Part shown: in pieces, positions 60,524 to 64,000 of the stretch
Layout of the letters: each line of letters starts with the position of its first letter
Numbering within the stretch: the stretch's first letter is position 1
Assembly (NCBI GenBank): GCA_964036045.1
Contig: OZ038378.1
Span: forward strand, 64,418,001-64,482,000
Direction of reading: 5' to 3'
DNA: 64,000 nucleotides
Origin: Eutreptiella sp. 'Long Island Sound 2002'
Taxonomy: Eukaryota > Protista > Euglenida
The notes under the pieces: generated by a model
What the model was told of the DNA's origin: nothing
The model's input: only the letters and a program-made list of their open reading frames with translations
Database searches by the model: none
Position numbers and translations under genes: made by a program

Positions 60524-61078
60524 ATCAAAGCGTTCTAGGATCCTTGCCACTCGCAAACAAAACAACGGTATGTACAAAAAAACACATCAGGGTATGCCCC
60601 ACTTTTGAGGAAGTGTAGGAGGCATAGGCATCGAGGAGACTCAGTCTGGCACAGGCATTGGGGTTTGAAGGAGTCGGGGCCCATGTATTGGCATGGCTCC
60701 CTGGAAAATACCAGACGTACAGTGGAGAAGATCGTCGCGAATAGGGCGAAAGGGATGCTGGTCATAACCGGCATAGGATCCACCCCATGTCCGCTGGAAG
60801 GTCTCAAGTGGACGCTGGATTCCATCACCCTGAGCGAGATGTCATTCGGGCCAGAGGAGGAGCTGTTCATCGACGCCAAGGGCTTATCAATGCCCTCCCC
60901 GGGTCAAGCGTGGGGTACCAAGGCTTTCCTGGTGGATCGGGCGCAAGCCCAGCCCACGGGTGATGAAGCATTCATCCGTAGGGTTGAGGCGGTGCCCATG
61001 CGGGTCATGTTTGAGCCCAAGGAGGGGACGGATCAGCCAATGGCGGCTTGCCGGCACATAGATACACACCCCAAGTGA
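60524..61078 (+). pseudogene. Second, diverged MTase-fold-like domain on the opposite strand
   Basis: W...PMYWHGSLENTRRTVEKIVANRAKGMLVITGIG...LDSITLSEMSFGPEEELFI...TKAFLVD aligns by eye, nearly gap-free, with AMAYVNHRFSELGKVLTKVAFECSRMVLCSPDWG...LEKLTLTSIQLPDDAIYV...SMLSVVD. Confidence 0.45.
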
Positions 61079-64000
61079 CCCAAAGATGGCCACGGGGGTC
61101 CGAACCGGCTTCAGGTTAAGCCATGGACTAGGGTTACGGCGCCCCAGGGCAATAGACACTCAATCCTCAACCATATCCCATCCCTAGGTCCCACCTCCTG
61201 CGTGCCAAGCAGGTACAGGGGTTCAAACACAACCCACAGACCTGTGCAAACTGGACCCCAGATGCCTGCGGAGGGACAGGCCTCCCGACCAGCCACAGGC
61301 GGGTTCCCAGAAGCGAATGGAGTCCACCATCAACCAACAGGAACTCCCCATGCTCCTCCGACAGCAGTAATCAACTCCCCTCTGAGCCGGAGATATGGCT
61401 CCGCCACCATCCCCTAGGAGTTGGGGGCTGAAAATGGGCTGTTTCAGCCCATCCTGACTTCTGCTCAAAAAAAATCCAAAACTGACCCCTCCGCCGGGCC
61501 ATACGAGGGCAGAGGCGAACCAATCAACCCTGTACCCCTCGAGCAAAAACTCCCCAAAGGCCCTCTACAACTTGGTTTGCCCAGATTCGCAGGCATCTGG
61601 GAGCCACAGGGTCAGCATGTGGGGAGAAGAGGCCAAAACTGGCGAAATTGGCCATCTCAGGTGGCCGGCCAGTGTTGACTTTCGTGGCGATCTCGTCAAG
61701 CCAACCGGTGATTCACAGGCCTTGAAATCCCCTTTGGTCTTGTGCATCGGGGTTTGGCTTGCTGTCACGTTGGCTGCTTACTGTTCCCCGAGGGGATGGT
61801 CACGTGACGGGGCAGAAAACAGCAAAAATGGCAAAATTTGGGAACATGGCACGCACTCTAACTTGCATAACTCCGGCTAGGCCGAAGGAGCAAATACAAA
61901 ATTCTAGGGCCATTGACCATTGGTCATATGCTATAAGATTCGCAACTCATTCCTCGCTAGGTTGCTTGCCCCATGGAGATATGGTATTCCCAACCTGGCC
62001 CAACATGGCAAAAACAGTGAAAATTGGCCGAAACGGCCCGCACTCACGATCCCATATCTCCATGGTCAATGCGAGCAATAATCTAACCAAAATTGCTATA
62101 CACAGATGGGACTTAGGTCCCAATGTTTGCCCCATGTCAGCCCTCGAGGGGGCCTCTATCAATTTTTCCTCCTAGCGGACAAATGGTCCACGAAACGTGG
62201 CAAATCGCAACATACCCCATATTGGGCCACCCATGGCTCTCCCATCCCATTACGAGGATACAAGGGGACACAGCCTATTCAAGGCGGGGTTATGTCCTCT
62301 TTCCAAATCGCCCTTAACCTTGGACAGTGGCTGCACACAACCCGGGGGCGAACATGAAAGGAGAGATGAGGTTTGGTGCCATTATGGCCAAAAAGAAGGG
62401 TAGTAGTCCAAAAAGTATTTACTCCAAAAATTGTATGTCCGGTTCCCAAGGGATATGGAATTTAGGCTTTTGCATGGAAGCAACCCAAACCCTGAAGTCC
62501 CTTTATCAACATCCGCTCGGGTCCGAAGCACAAGAAAGCCATTTGTAACACTTCGGCCTTTGGAGCACACGAAAAGTGGGAAAAATGGCCAAAATGCCAA
62601 TATTGGGACATGTTTATTCATGGGACACTAAGGCCCATATAACATGACATGTATCCAAATTGAAGGATTCATAGTAAGTGTTTACAAACATACGTACTAT
62701 GGGTCAGGTCCTCCCTTGGATGCCAAGTCAATCATACATGCATATGGGCACGTGTGCAAAAGGCAGAATAGGCGCGCGTGTTCAGAAGGCAATATTCTGT
62801 AAAATAGTACATATGGTTCGAAAAATCAAACAAGCTATGCACGGTATTCTTTGTGCCCTCTACTTTCCATATTGCCTTAATTCAAGTCTCAGATCGCCGT
62901 TGGCTTCGAGAACGAGCCTTTGCGCCACGGCCATTTTGGCCACATTTTAGAGGAAAAGTCGTTTTTTCAAACGACCAATTTTAGGTACGCATTGAATTCT
63001 GTGAAGCCATTGTTCAGTTAGCTCCAAAATCGAAAATTGCCGCGGGCCATCGGTCTTACAAGCATTATGTTAAGTCTTTTACGTTCATGCTGAGAAGCAC
63101 ACAAACTTAGCCTTTGCGCACCATTGTGACTTGGATTTTTCGCACCCATGTGTTTCAAAAAACACCCCTATAAGTCGCTTCCCCGAAGGAAGCGATATGC
63201 GCATGTGAAAGGACCATTAGAGGAAGGCAAAGGGGGGAGATGTAGAGTTCCATACGACCTCATGGTCTATGAGAACCATGAGTTCGGTCGCTTGACGGAA
63301 AAGCTTGCGTGTCAACTTTCTCCTAGACGCGACGGCGAAAGGATCTGGTGAGTACACCAGATGCAAGTACACCAAAAGCCCTACAGAGCCAGCCCTTGAC
63401 TTCCTTTCCAACCTCAGAGGTACAGGAGAAAAAGTCAAAACAAAACTCGCCCCGGAAACACGCCACTGACACGCGCGCAGGTGACAACAAGCGGCATTTT
63501 TAGGGCGGCTAGAAATCGGGTCAGTATAATAGATTTTAATCGATTTCCCGCAGGATTCGATCATAAAATTGAAATTATAAAAGTTCCTCATCGATTCAAT
63601 GGCTTGGGCACGTTGGGGACGGGATCGGTCCCATGCCGGTTCCCCTTGGGCTGGACGAAACATCTCCCCACAAGCAGGACGGCGAATAGGCGTAGGTGAC
63701 GGGGAAGAACAACATGTGCCCTATGGGCCATGGGGTCCTGGGTTCCGCTTCAGGATGCGGTTGGAGGGGTCGCAGTCTTGCTGGTTGTCCCGGCCGCTGT
63801 CCTGCAGCTCCGCGCCCCCTCTGCTGCGTGTCCCGGCGTGTCCTGCTGTGAGGGGACAGGAATGAGCAGAGAAAATTTGCCTTCGGTGATGGCGTGTCGA
63901 GGCACACAGAGGAGGAGAGAGCGATCGCCCTGGGTTATGGCGTTGCCCCGGCTTGACATGCATTTGGGCAATACCCCCCTATTTGGCGGCCGTCGTGCCC

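Noticed and set aside
50670-61515. Short similarity AAAATCC..TCCGCCGGG..AGGG(T)GCAGA at ~50672 and ~61470 as an LTR pair
   Set aside because: Only ~40 bp of patchy match that does not extend either way.
63600-64000. Possible RT fragment on the minus strand (STRHHRRQIFSAHSCPLTA)
   Set aside because: Only vague resemblance to motif A, with no downstream RT motifs; cut by the window edge.

Overview
Repeat-rich eukaryotic nuclear DNA with no recognisable intact host gene. The host is plausibly a euglenozoan protist, inferred only from the VIPER/TATE-like and L1Tc-like element architectures. The window is a graveyard of decayed but structurally near-complete mobile elements. (1) A full-length APE-type non-LTR retrotransposon (6624-15138, +). 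Its first 56 nt fold as an HDV-like ribozyme, its ORF2 has a 2A-like (StopGo) motif just before the endonuclease and a ~160-aa insert inside the RT, and it is bounded by (CA)n on both sides. (2) A complete tyrosine-recombinase (YR) retrotransposon (17896-24816, +) in gag-YR-RT/RH order. It has split direct repeats A1...B1A2...B2, a 6-bp AACACT core at all three junctions, and two extra ORFs. (3) A Transib/RAG1-like transposase pseudogene (45842-47265) between two ~185-bp tandem arrays. (4) A Ty3/Gypsy-type gag-pol (~50809-60460, -) with a chromodomain and a Dam-like N6-adenine methyltransferase-fold domain between protease and RT. A second, diverged domain of the same kind lies next to it on the opposite strand. 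The rest is TIR/MITE elements, three satellites, a dispersed degenerate repeat family and a tRNA-Leu-like relic. All calls are by-eye motif recognition; no searches were run. Many frameshifts fall in G/C homopolymers and could be assembly errors.
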